DNA of 64,000 nt, from positions 43,669-107,668 of the IMG/VR virus record IMGVR_UViG_3300014208_000033; one strand, 5' to 3'. The DNA comes from a virus. The position numbers were made by a program, and so were the translations under genes. Under the pieces are notes generated by a model. The model had not been told where the DNA came from. It saw nothing but the letters and a program-made list of their open reading frames with translations, and did no database searches. This document shows positions 38,596 through 49,802 of this stretch, piece after piece (positions within the stretch are counted from its first letter, which is position 1; each line of letters opens with the position of its first letter).

Positions 38596-38633
38596 CTTGA
38601 TCTTCCTGTGTCTACCAATTCCACCAATTCGCC
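38594..38633 (-). pseudogene. Orphan 5' half of a tRNA-Leu abutting the HNH start codon
   Basis: GGCGAAT-TG-GTGGAATTGGTAGACAC-A-GGAAG-ATCAAGA runs into ATG; D-arm nearly identical to that of the adjacent tRNA-Leu. Confidence 0.65.
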
Positions 38634-38648
38634 ACGTTTAGAACTAAG

Positions 38649-38833
38649 TTGTTTGCACTAGCTAGAATTTTCATCTAGCGAAGTAGGTTTCCTTTGAATA
38701 ATCTACTGTAGTTTAATAGCCAATAACGGCTCCCTTTAATGTAAATAATTAAAGGGTTACAAATCATTCAAGAGCTAGTTCACATCTAGCCTACTTCTTA
38801 ACTAGCCTCCCCGTAACCGGATAGTGCAAACAA
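38649..38833. ncRNA. Candidate ~185-nt multibranch structured RNA (copy 2)
   Basis: 12-bp closing stem TTGTTTGCACTA/TAGTGCAAACAA with the same helix order as 13641-13831; 15 nt 3' of tRNA-Lys. Confidence 0.7.
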
Positions 38834-38848
38834 GAATTGAATTAGGTA

Positions 38849-38919
38849 TGGGTCCGGCGGAAATCGAATCCGCATCAAAAGATTAAAAATCTTCTCGTCT
38901 ACCATTGACATACGGACCC
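38849..38919 (-). tRNA. tRNA-Lys(UUU), CCA not encoded
   Basis: GGGTCCG/CGGACCC acceptor, GAAGA-TTTTTAA-TCTTT anticodon arm, TTCGATT T-loop. Confidence 0.9.
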
Positions 38920-39018
38920 ACGATAACTAACTAGATTTCTTTAATCCCCCTTTAATCTCATTTACCCTTCCTCCTGGTAGCAGAGCTACCAGGAGGCATC
39001 TCCGATCCTTACATGTAT

Positions 39019-39047
39019 ATTATACCATGCGCGTCAATTGTAGTCAA
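39019..39047 (-). promoter_or_regulatory. Strong sigma70-like promoter for the tRNA cluster
   Basis: TTGACT-17 nt-TATAAT with extended TG. Confidence 0.75.
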
Positions 39048-39313
39048 GAACTATCTTCTACTTTCTTTTTCCGAACTCTACGATGAAATTCCAAAAAATC
39101 TCTTTCTGTGTCCAGTGTGGTTGGAGATTGAAATTGTTCCCACACTCACTACAGAAACACGCATTTCCTATTACATTCATCTCATTATCACAATCAGGAC
39201 AAATAAAGCTACTGAAAGTATAGTCAACCCATGCTGGATCTTTTGTCCCAGGTACTTCTCTTCTATCGTGGATATCTTTTCCAAACTGTTGACGAGCGCA
39301 CCTTTCATACTTC

Positions 39314-42300
39314 TTAACCACACTTACTCCAACCACATTTGGTACATTTCATACAACCTTCGGTTACTGTAGCATCAGCTTTACACTCAGGGCACTTAGG
39401 CTTGTCTGCATTGACAACATACTGAGAGAGACAGTTAGCTATGTTCACAGGAACCGAAAGCAATGACTGATTACGAACTGAAGTAAGCTGCTTGACGATC
39501 AACTCAGGTGAAACATTATGCCTTAACGCAAGAGAGGAGAGGCGACAGAGAGCTTCAGTTAGAACAAGTATTTCGCCTGTTGCTGTAGATGGAACTGAGA
39601 AAACTTCAACGGGTTTATCGTTATGCTTGTTCACGGTGATATAGAGTTTACCTTCGGTGGTTCTGACTTTGTAAGTGTCACCCGAAAGAACATGTGGGCG
39701 CTCGTTCAGATTTTTCGGAATCTCGGTAGCGCCGGTCGAGAGCACTTGACCCTTGCGAGAGCCGTCACGATAAACAGTTGTGCCCTTACAGTGAAGATCG
39801 TTGGCTAACATGAATGCTTTAGCTACGTCATCTTCGGTTGCAGAGTTCAATAAATTTGTGGTTTTACTCACCCCAAGATTAGTGAATTCTTGGAAGGCTG
39901 CTTGCATTTTAACATGCTGCTCCCAGGGTACTTGATTAGCTGTGACGAAGAGTTCAGCTTCATTAGAAAGTAGATACTTTGTGTCTACACCGTTCTTGAA
40001 TGTATAGTCATAGATTTCATCTTTAGTGGCCGAAGTCTGCATCTCTTCAACTAACTTCTGGAACAACGGATGAATTTCATTCATCTCTTGATCTGCTTGA
40101 CGACGCTTCATCACATACGCAAAGTTAGGCTCGATACCGGAACTGCAACCGGCGATGATAGAGAGTGTGCCAGTCGGTGCTATTGCGGTAACGGTTTGGT
40201 TCTGGTAATTCCTCAATACCCCGTAGTTAGTAGCTTCAGTGTTGATGAAGCTCATAAGGTCTTTAGCTACAGAGAGAGCGTGAGGGCTATTGTAGTTAAT
40301 GCCAAGCTTGATGAGAGCATCAGCCCAGCCCATTATACCAAGGCCGACCTTACGGTTTTTCTTGCAGATAGTTTCAATTTTCTTGAGAGGATATTTGTTC
40401 TTGTCAATCATGCGGTTGAGGAAATCAATTGCCGTATGAATGACTTTCTCCAGTTTGTCTTTATTGAAAGGTCTGTCTTTAAGTATTCGGCCTTCTACAT
40501 CAACGAAATTAGATACATTAATTGAGCCCAAGCAACAGGCTTCATAAGGCAGTAGAGGAGACTCGCCGCAGTTGCCAGTAACAAAACCATCCAGGACCAA
40601 CGTGTTAAACTCAATTCCTGTTGCACAGTACACGTCCTCATACTTACCTGTATCTGTGATCGATTCGATAGTGTCTTTGTAACCGCTCTTATCTTGGGTT
40701 TTTTCAGTGAGAGTCTTAGCAAAGACCGAGCGCATTAAGTTAAGGTCTTTTTGGAAGAAACTGATATTCTTGAGCCATGTATGAATAGGTCGTCCAGGTC
40801 CAATGAATAAGTCATGTGAATCTGAAGCTATGGTAACTCCAGAGATTTGTTTCTTGTTATAGCAGGCGGGTTTAATCTCGCCAAAGACTCCCATGCAAAG
40901 GAGTCTCTTCTGAATGTCTTTCAATAAACTGAGTGACTTGAAGTTAGTGAGCCAGAAGCAGTTCTTCCGCTTAAAGACATTTCCATTTACCTTGAAGAGC
41001 ATCTGGAAAAATCCGCGAAGAACGCTTATCTCACAGTTCCAAAGTATCTCAGGTAACTTCGTATCAGTGATAGGATTTACCTTGAGAACACTGAACAAGA
41101 AATCAGTTATCTCAGCAGAGTAGAAACCGTTCTTGTATGGATGAGTCCTAGGACGATAGATATTAGCGTACAGTAACTCATCAAATGCCGAGTCTTTCTT
41201 AGCGAGATTAGAGTCACAGAACTTAGAATGAACATACTGTAACCCTTTGAGTAATGATCGATAGGTTGAAGCAAACTCTGACTTACGAATCTTCTTAACG
41301 TCAACAGTGAATGTCAACTCACCAGCATCATTCTTTCTGAACCACAAATTAGGCTGAGTGTAGAGTGAAGCTAAGAAATGACCGAACTTGAGATTGTTCT
41401 TAGAATCTTCATTATCAAGTCGATGAGGCTTAACCCCCATCGGAGTATCAGTAGTGTAGATCATAAGCATCTCACCAACTGATAACTCTTCTAACTTCTT
41501 CTCAGAGTATGAGAATGTTCTTCTATCGCTTTTAGTTGTCTCATTAGTCTGCTTCACAGTGAAGAACTTATGATACTCAGTAGCCTCAATCTCAAGACCT
41601 GACTTCATCGTGATCTTATATATCGGAGCATTCTCCGCTGTCCGTCTAACCTTAGTGATGTTATGATGGTGATTATTATCAGTGACTCTCTTATCCATTA
41701 TAGCTGAGTAAATACTGTACGGATAGCTAGGTCCAGCAGCATCCTTCATAGTAGGACAGTGACCTGGGAACATTATCCTCGTAGACCCAACAACGCAAGG
41801 ATTGGTGCTCTCGATTTTACCTTGCTCTGGTGTCGGGTTATGACGGTTGATCTCATCTAAGAATATAAGGCCGGGCTCACCGTTGAGCCAAGCGTTCTTT
41901 ACGATTTTTCTGAATATCTCCTTTGCGGGAAGAGTCTGAACGACTTCACCGTTCTTCGGATTGATAAGCTCCCATGGGAGATCATTCTTAACAGCGTTCA
42001 TGAACTTATCTGAAACACCAACTGATATGTTAAAGTTGTTTAATGACTTCTCATTAGTCTTACAATCAATGAATTCCAAAACGTCAGGGTGACTCACTTC
42101 GAGGATGCCCATTAAAGCCCCCCGGCGCACCCCCCCTTGCTTGCAAACGTCCGTTATGGTGTTGAACACCTGCATGAACGTGACTGGCCCTGAACTTATT
42201 CCATTTGTCGAGTGGACCTTATCATTTCTCGGTCGTAACTTACTGAAGTTAATACCAACTCCACCACCTGATTTGAATATCAAAGCACATTCTTTAGCTG

Positions 42301-42574
42301 TATCAAATATGCTAGCCATCGAATCTTCAATTGGCATAACATAACATGCGAATAGGTTTCCTAACTTAGTCCCTGCTCCGGTGAAGGTGACTGAATTTGG
42401 CAAGAAATCTAATTCATTCATGATAGTAAAGAACTTCTGCTTCTCTTCGTCAGTGTCACCTAAGAAGTTGGCAACTCGCTTAAAAAGCATCTCAGGTGTT
42501 TCAATGATATTTCCGTTACCATCACGAAGAAGGTAACGCTTCTCAAGCACTTTTATAGCATTATCGGAAAGCAT
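39314..42574 (-). CDS. nrdJ: Class II (B12-dependent) ribonucleotide reductase with intein
   Basis: VLEKRYL, FLPNS, GGGVG, QGGVRRGA, GEPG, TNP^CGE, CCLGSIN, IAPTGT, C-terminal TSCPD-like domain and Zn ribbon. Confidence 0.92.
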   Translation of the reverse strand: MLSDNAIKVLEKRYLLRDGNGNIIETPEMLFKRVANFLGDTDEEKQKFFTIMNELDFLPNSVTFTGAGTKLGNLFACYVMPIEDSMASIFDTAKECALIFKSGGGVGINFSKLRPRNDKVHSTNGISSGPVTFMQVFNTITDVCKQGGVRRGALMGILEVSHPDVLEFIDCKTNEKSLNNFNISVGVSDKFMNAVKNDLPWELINPKNGEVVQTLPAKEIFRKIVKNAWLNGEPGLIFLDEINRHNPTPEQGKIESTNPCVVGSTRIMFPGHCPTMKDAAGPSYPYSIYSAIMDKRVTDNNHHHNITKVRRTAENAPIYKITMKSGLEIEATEYHKFFTVKQTNETTKSDRRTFSYSEKKLEELSVGEMLMIYTTDTPMGVKPHRLDNEDSKNNLKFGHFLASLYTQPNLWFRKNDAGELTFTVDVKKIRKSEFASTYRSLLKGLQYVHSKFCDSNLAKKDSAFDELLYANIYRPRTHPYKNGFYSAEITDFLFSVLKVNPITDTKLPEILWNCEISVLRGFFQMLFKVNGNVFKRKNCFWLTNFKSLSLLKDIQKRLLCMGVFGEIKPACYNKKQISGVTIASDSHDLFIGPGRPIHTWLKNISFFQKDLNLMRSVFAKTLTEKTQDKSGYKDTIESITDTGKYEDVYCATGIEFNTLVLDGFVTGNCGESPLLPYEACCLGSINVSNFVDVEGRILKDRPFNKDKLEKVIHTAIDFLNRMIDKNKYPLKKIETICKKNRKVGLGIMGWADALIKLGINYNSPHALSVAKDLMSFINTEATNYGVLRNYQNQTVTAIAPTGTLSIIAGCSSGIEPNFAYVMKRRQADQEMNEIHPLFQKLVEEMQTSATKDEIYDYTFKNGVDTKYLLSNEAELFVTANQVPWEQHVKMQAAFQEFTNLGVSKTTNLLNSATEDDVAKAFMLANDLHCKGTTVYRDGSRKGQVLSTGATEIPKNLNERPHVLSGDTYKVRTTEGKLYITVNKHNDKPVEVFSVPSTATGEILVLTEALCRLSSLALRHNVSPELIVKQLTSVRNQSLLSVPVNIANCLSQYVVNADKPKCPECKADATVTEGCMKCTKCGWSKCG
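40571..41797 (-). mobile_element. Intein (409 aa) at the RNR NP/CGE active site
   Basis: Starts CVVGSTRI, block B ATEYHKF, block F/G EDVYC...GFVTGN followed by extein Cys; degenerate LAGLIDADG LRGFFQMLFKVNG. Confidence 0.9.
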
Positions 42575-45500
42575 TTAATCCCCTAAAGTGTCGATGAACT
42601 CAGTAAGATACTTGATCGCGTGTTCCTTAGCTTCCTTGAAGTTAGTAAAATTGACCTTACCGTAACACTGTGCAGAACTCTTATAATTCCAAATTTCAAT
42701 ATCATCACTATAAAGACTGAAAGGTACTCCAACACCTGGGTTCACATTCTGAAAAATCGTAACAGAGTAGTTACCCTTATCACTGATAGCGTCAACAGTC
42801 CACTTGACATGCTTAAGAATCTTGATAGTCATTCAGTAACCCCTATGGTGTTCTAACGTCTTTGACAGAGATTCAGATATATCATCCAATTTTTCATTTG
42901 TTTTGCAAAGTTCGTTAGCACTCTCCAAATACTTAGTTATACAAGCAAAAATCTCACATTCTGCATCGTTTTCATTCCAAGCATAACATTTATAGTTTTT
43001 ACAAAGGTCTTTGATTAGTGGACAGAAATAGTTATCCATGTCATTTCACCTTCTTAAGTGCTTCAGCAAACATAGAAAGTGTCTCAGTCCAAATCTTCTG
43101 TTGAGATTCAATCTGCTTTGAGTGAAGATCGCTCTGTTCAAGTATAGACTTGAAGATCATCTTATGACTTTCTTCAACAGTCTTCCACAAGATGACTTGA
43201 GTACAAACAAGAATAACAAGCAAAGTGATAATGATAGCTTCCATCTTACTCTTCATCCTCCTTAAACATTTCATCCTGACACTCTTGACACAAACAACTA
43301 ATGTAGAACTCTTTCCTACTAATTTCATCCTTGAACTTATCAGCTAACTTACCACACTTGATACAGTGTTTCCAATCTGCTTCCTTACCGAAGAACATCT
43401 TCTGAACATTTCCACGAAGAGTCATTGAGTTACCTTCACATCTATAGTAACCTCGACCAGATCATAGATGAAGTTTGGCCTGAGTTCCTTCTCAATCCTA
43501 AGACACTCTCTAGCCTTCTTCTTATCCTCAAAGAAACAATTACTCATATCATTATGAAAATCATGATTAGCATCCCAGGTATGAAAGCTATCATCAATCC
43601 TACTGTAGAAAGCATTAGGGAACTTGAAGTTACTAAGCTGAACAGTGTAGAACGTCTTAGTCGTCATTGAGCCTCCAGTACATATATAATACAGCGTCAC
43701 TTAGAAGAAGTATACGATTTCTTCAACATATCAAAACTATTTGCATCCAACTTCATGAAAGTCTCGTTCATAACTTGAATAGTAACGATGATAGTCCTTA
43801 CAGAAACTTCAAGTTCTCCAAGTTCAGAACACCTAGTAAGATAATTCACATCATAGTTAAGAATTAAACACTTGCTACCAAAAAGTTCACCCTTAGTTAT
43901 CTTGAAGTGTTTCTTATCAAGAAAGAGAACTTTAGAGAAAATAGTAATAAGACCATTACAATGCTTCTCAGTGAAGCAACTATCAAAACTGTAAATAGGA
44001 ACCCAATTAGGTTTCATTGTCACTCCTTAGACATAATAGATTGGGTTTGTACATTCGTAATAATCACCATTACGACCATCAAAAACATAGTAAAACTTCC
44101 TAGTCTCCTCCTTCACAATAGTAATCGTCAAATTCTCCGCCACTACTATATGTGAATTCATTATCAGCAATGTCCCTTGCTTCCTTCAAAGACATATGAA
44201 ACTTCTTCATCAGATAGATCATTCTCTCACGAATCCAGTTATGCTCATACCTCTTCCAATCTCTATCATTTCGTGCGTAGACTTTCATAGTGTAGTTACT
44301 GAAACAACACTCCTTAGGATTAATTCCATGTCTCTCACACAACTCAGAAAGAGAGTAATCTTTTCGCTCAGGAAGAGTAAGAACAGTCCTTTCAGAATTT
44401 TCGGAAGGAGGAAGAGAAGTACCTTTAGTGTTTTGCCTATCTATAATTATAGCCAGATTTTCACTTATCTTAGTTAGTGTGTATTGAGATAGTGGAGTCA
44501 TTTCGTCTATTACTACAGAATGAAGTTTAGCTCCTAAGATTTCTCTGAAAGGAATCTCACTCATCACTTATACTCCGTACTAAACACAAATACGTTGTTC
44601 AGATCATCATTGGCCTTGTAACATCGCATGGAAATATCAATTCCACGAAAAACTAAATTCCACCTATCAGGGAAACTCATACCAGAATAAGCGTCATCGA
44701 ACGTATTGCAATCAAGCATTACATGATACCTACGATAATGCTTATCGTAGTAAGCCTTAAGATCCTGTTCATACCTACCATTGATAGGATCACTACAGAA
44801 AATCTCAATACATCTTTTAACATACCTGATATTTACAAGCTTACCAGTGGTATCAGTGAACGTATACAGTGGCTTCCAAAGATGATTAGTCTTCATGTTT
44901 TATCCTTCAATTCATAGGCTTCAGAACAACACAGTTGTTCTCTTTAGTCTCATCTTCATCTACGATTTCCCAGTAACACGAATCTATAGGTTCGCCTTCA
45001 GCTATGAAATATCCCCGACAAGGACTGTAAGAATTACCTTCTGAATCCTTACTCATGATAACTTCATAGTTACCACAACCACTGTCCCTAACCTTGATAA
45101 GTTGTCTAATCAATTCATTAACTTTCATCGTTCATCCTATAGGCCAGTTTGGCCTTGCTCCATGACCCATACATATTTCGAAACATGTTCAGTAACTCTT
45201 GCTTCAAGTTATGTGCCTTACGCTTACGTCTCCGAACAAGTTGTTCATACTTAGTGTAATGATATGCCGTAGTTGACACAGCGTTATGACCTAGATGAAT
45301 TCTTGGTTTGATCACTCCTAATGGTTTCACGTACCATACTCGCAAAGATATCCCATGCCTTTTCTCGTCGTATCCTGTGAGTGTAGAGGTTACGAAATTT
45401 CGTAATGAAAGTCTGACGACACTTATGATCCTTCTTACGCTGCTTAACAAAATCCCTTTGCGCTATCTTATCGTAGTAAGCTGTGCTATGCGGATGCGCG

Positions 45501-48109
45501 TGTTTCATCTCATATCATCCTCTACGTCATTACCACCAAAATCTTTGTCATACTTACTAAAATCACAATTGATGTTATCTCTAAGGGCTCGAAGCATTCC
45601 AGTCACACTTTGAATAGTATACTGAAAAGCGAAGTTACCGTATTTCTTCTCCTTAACGCAAGAGGTAATGCTCTCACACTCACGATAGATACGGTCGATA
45701 GCGTTGTAAATGTTATAGGGAATCTTCATAGTCAGTCTGCTCCTGTTCGTATCCGTAGTTGTAATCCAGTCTTACAGCATGAAACAAATCTCTGATCATC
45801 TTAACATGAATATTCAACTCAATCTCTTTTGGGTGCTCCTTCTTAATATCTTCACAAAGGACTTGCAGCTTGTTGTCTATTTCATTAAAAAAATCATTGA
45901 TAGTGTAGTCGTGTTTCATAATCACTCATCCTCATCTGGAATAGCATTGTCACTATTGTAGTGCTCGTTTTCTATCTTAGAAGTATTGGCAATCTTGGTT
46001 AAAATTCCAACGACATTCTTAAGAGAAGAAGCAACCTCACCTTCATTATTGATATATGCAACACCAGACAGGATATTAGTCTCCCTACAGATTCTTAGAA
46101 GATCACGCTTGAATTCATGCTCATAAACCATATCAATCGTCCTCCCCGTCTTTAGCATAGTGCATACTCTTCATCGTTTCCTTGAGTCTCGTATTCCTAT
46201 TCAGTTCCTCGTACAACTCATCCTCTAGCTGAAATATCTTCTTAATCAACTCCTCTTTCGAGCGTTTCATAAGGTCTATTACAACTTGATCTTTCATATC
46301 AAGTTCAATCCTACTCATCGCTAACATTCCTTCCTTCTATCAACACGTCGCAAGAGGCTATGATCATCTTCAGAGCAGTAATGAATTCTCCATCACACTT
46401 GGGATCATTCTCAGTATGAACAAGAACACCCCTGAGTTCATTCACAGCTACACAGAACTCGTAGTTAATACGTCTCGATATGTTCATTCAGTTTCACACA
46501 ACCATTCAATATGCTTAAGCAACACATGCTCAACTTCAGTAGGAATTCTCTTCTCAGTCGTTCCATCTTCATAGAATATCTTAATCAGGTCAGGTTCTCC
46601 AACGTCAACTATAAGAGTAGCATGAGCAATCTTACTCATCTTCTGGATCTCCTGAATTTACACCATTACTAATGTCTTGAAAAAAGTTTCCGATATTTCG
46701 TAAAGTGGAGTTAAGTACATAGTTATCAGGATGCTCATCTTCTGCAATACGAATTAGAGAGAAAATAACACCACAAAGAGCATCGAGTTTCTTTTCAAAT
46801 CTCTTAGAGCACTTAAAGTAACTCACTTCTCACTCTCCAAGCAATCAAACAATCCTTGAATCAGTTCAGATATCGTTCTTACAATAAGTCGAAGAGGAAG
46901 ATTGTTTGGTTGTTCACGGTCAACGGTATTAAGCAAGTTTACTGCCATCATACACATGATATCTACTTCTTTTGCAAATCCCTCAGAACACTTCATTCGT
47001 ACCCTCCCACTCATCACAAAACCTATCACAAGTCATATCTCTTACAGCTTCATCGTAGTGATCCTTAGCACATTCCAACTTCCTAGAAAGTCTCCTGGCT
47101 ACATCTATGCTGATCTTAATGTCGGTGTTCCTGTTGTCCAAAGGGTGATCCAGAATAGCTAACATGAGTATCTCAATGTCAGTTTTCTTAGTCATCGTCA
47201 CTCCTCTTACAATCTTCCTTGTGGTGCATAGTTCTCATCATCTCTTTGAGCCTAGTAACTTCATTCAGTTCGTTGTACAACTCATCTTCCAGGTCAAGTA
47301 TCTTCTGAATGAGTTCACCCCTATCAGCATTCCGAAATCTATCAAGGTCAGATAGACTTATATCACTCATCCTCAGTCTCCCTGATATCACAATCATCAT
47401 GCATACCTTGAAGAGTGTACTCCATCGTTTTCAGAATATTCGTAAACTCAACCAACCCTTGCGAACGAGCCGAAGCCGCAAGGGATCTGGCATTTCTCAT
47501 CATGTTCCAAAGCTCAGACTTAAAGAGGTCGTCACACATGCTCATATGTCACCACATCTTCTCAGGTCCGAGTATCTTTTCTATCTCTTTGATCTTCCTA
47601 GAAAGATCCATTAACTCTCTGCAAAGAAGTCTATTCTCAGTTTTAAGCTGTGAATTTTCTTCTTTGAGTTCGCTCTTAGTAAGCTCTTTCTTAGTCATAA
47701 TCTATATCACTTTCTTCTGAAACTTTTACATATACCAACAATTCTTCTGCTTCATCAATTGTGAACTCGACATAAGGAGTAGAAATACTGTGTTTATAAT
47801 CATCGATAGCTTTTTCAATGACTTTACTCAGCAAACGTCTAGTCATTTCGAGTTCTCCCTATCACAAGTTTCCCTAGCTTCCTGTTCATCAGCGAAGCAC
47901 TCACTATCACACCGAATGAACACTTCTTCAACACCAGTCATATTGTACTTAATACCAAGAGAGTCAATAGTTATCCTCGTAACTCTCCCACTCTTAACCT
48001 TCATCTTAGTAACAACACTCACATGCCCGCAAAGCTTGCAAGTTTCCTCGACATTATGACTAGGAGTAAGAACCCAAAGAGTATCACCGATATTAACCAT
48101 TTTTCTCAC
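42575..48109 (-). other. Dense run of small hypothetical genes, several paralogous
   Basis: More than 20 tightly packed 60-155 aa ORFs; paralog pairs 46133-46327/47188-47400 and 46632-46826/46823-47029. Confidence 0.7.
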
Positions 48110-48573
48110 TTCCCCTTTATCGTCATGCTCTTATCAAGAGAAACAGCTATCCCCATGATATCACCGCAAAGGTATTGGTTGGCTATATACCTAGCAAACC
48201 TCATCCCCATTATCTTGAATCGCTGTTTGAATTTCTTACCATGTCCCACATACGGATGAACCAACACATGGCACAACTCATGGATATAAGACTCACACAC
48301 TTCCATGAAAGTAGTGTCACCAATATCAAGACCTATATGAAAAATACTATCCTTCTCATTATAAACACAGTAACCAGCAGCATCGACACTCTTGTTTCCT
48401 CTTCTTATTGGTATCGTCGATCTATGAAATCCAACCACTATCTTGCTCTGATGCTTCCTTCTCTTATACACGTCGTTGAACTGCTTTTCAATAACCTCAA
48501 GCGGTCCCATTGTGTTCCTCCAGTTTTCCGAAAATTCGTAAAAAGACACCCCGAAAATAAGCATCTGGATCAT
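48106..48573 (-). CDS. SprT-like zinc metalloprotease
   Basis: AAGYC, HELCH...GHGKKF. Confidence 0.75.
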   Translation of the reverse strand: MIQMLIFGVSFYEFSENWRNTMGPLEVIEKQFNDVYKRRKHQSKIVVGFHRSTIPIRRGNKSVDAAGYCVYNEKDSIFHIGLDIGDTTFMEVCESYIHELCHVLVHPYVGHGKKFKQRFKIMGMRFARYIANQYLCGDIMGIAVSLDKSMTIKGK

Positions 48574-48599
48574 GAGTTAGACACTTAGAGCATCTACTA

Positions 48600-49706
48600 G
48601 CATCTTGACCCTTAAGAAGTACTCCACGCTATCAATTCATAACTTGCCTTCCGGCTCTAAACCGTGTTGCCTTGCGGTACTTCTCATTTACCTTCGGAAT
48701 CCAGCCTCTTTTCTTTTCTTCGTCTTACCGAACGGAGAGAGGAAAATACGCTTCGCGGCGCCAGCCGCGATGGGGAGAGTGTGAGAGGGGAGGCGTTAAG
48801 CCTCCTCTTTCACTAGCAGCTATTCAGAATTTTCGGAACCGTCATAGATTGTCGCCTCACAATCTCTTGCGGTTCTTCCTATTCTATAGAAGCTGCTTTG
48901 CTCTAAGGAGATGAGTCATCTCGCTTAATTCAGTGAACTTTCCACCTGATTGATCTCAATCATCAGAAAGTCAGATAGACGCACTTCAAGATCCTGCATC
49001 TTAGGATAGGGATCTCGCTATCGATTTCCATACCCTAAACTTGATCCAGTTGCAACCTCCTCCGAATTACGAATATTCGGAAGTATGCAGACTCCACCAC
49101 GATAAGGCTCTGCTGTTCCTTATCGACCGCGCTTATCTAGTTTCGCGCGCCCATGCAACGAGTAACGAGTTCGTGTTGAAGGGGGCTTCATCTTCGACCA
49201 ATAAAGTTGTGGTAATCCACCCGCAGAGATGCTATGTTTAGATCGTAAGTAACAAAGCATCTCCGCACTCAAGGACGAGGCTAATCTACGCCTTACGGCA
49301 GGACATTATACCAGAGAAGTCTTAAACCCTACGTCTAACTGGACTATCGTTAGATTTCGAATATACGACTATTCAGTGAAGGCTTCGCTTAGTGACCTCA
49401 ACGCTGAAGATTACTTACTAGGTATTTTGGCGGGAGCTACCCACTCTCCAGCTAAACCACTTTACTAAGCCTCCGAATGAACGTGTCCTAATGTCCTCTT
49501 AGCACCCCATCACAGTGAAAACCTTATCTAGCCACAGGTCTATTTACCTCTAGCTTGATCTTCCGGCCTCGAATCAGTAGGCTAGGTTCACTCTCTTGCG
49601 ATTAGCTACTCCCGCAAGATCATTACCCTTTTGCAATGCAGCTACCTATCTACACCGTATTCATCAACAACGGGCTTGATCCATTTCTGGACGTGGCTTG
49701 CCCGTC
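48600..49706 (-). ncRNA. Candidate ~1.1-kb highly structured non-coding RNA (or origin region)
   Basis: No credible ORF; more than 12 helices, GNRA loops on the - strand, promoter just upstream of the first helix. Confidence 0.6.
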
Positions 49707-49712
49707 AAGGAG

Positions 49713-49780
49713 ATAATACATTAGAGGAGTAATGTTAGCAACAAGTTTCTTTTGTCTTTATTTTACTAACATTGTATTAT
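49713..49780. promoter_or_regulatory. Back-to-back sigma70-like promoters
   Basis: - strand TTGCTA(49741-36)-17-TATTAT(49718-13); + strand TTGTCT(49752-57)-17-TATTAT(49775-80) followed by AGGAGG. Confidence 0.7.
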
Positions 49781-49802
49781 ACATGTAGGAGGTTCTTGTT
49801 AT

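Noticed and set aside
48600-49706. Group II intron, RNase P or tmRNA identity; ORFs 48672-48914 and 49041-49241
   Set aside because: No domain V, RNase P P4 or tRNA-like ends recognised; the short ORFs have TTG starts, no RBS and run across the helices
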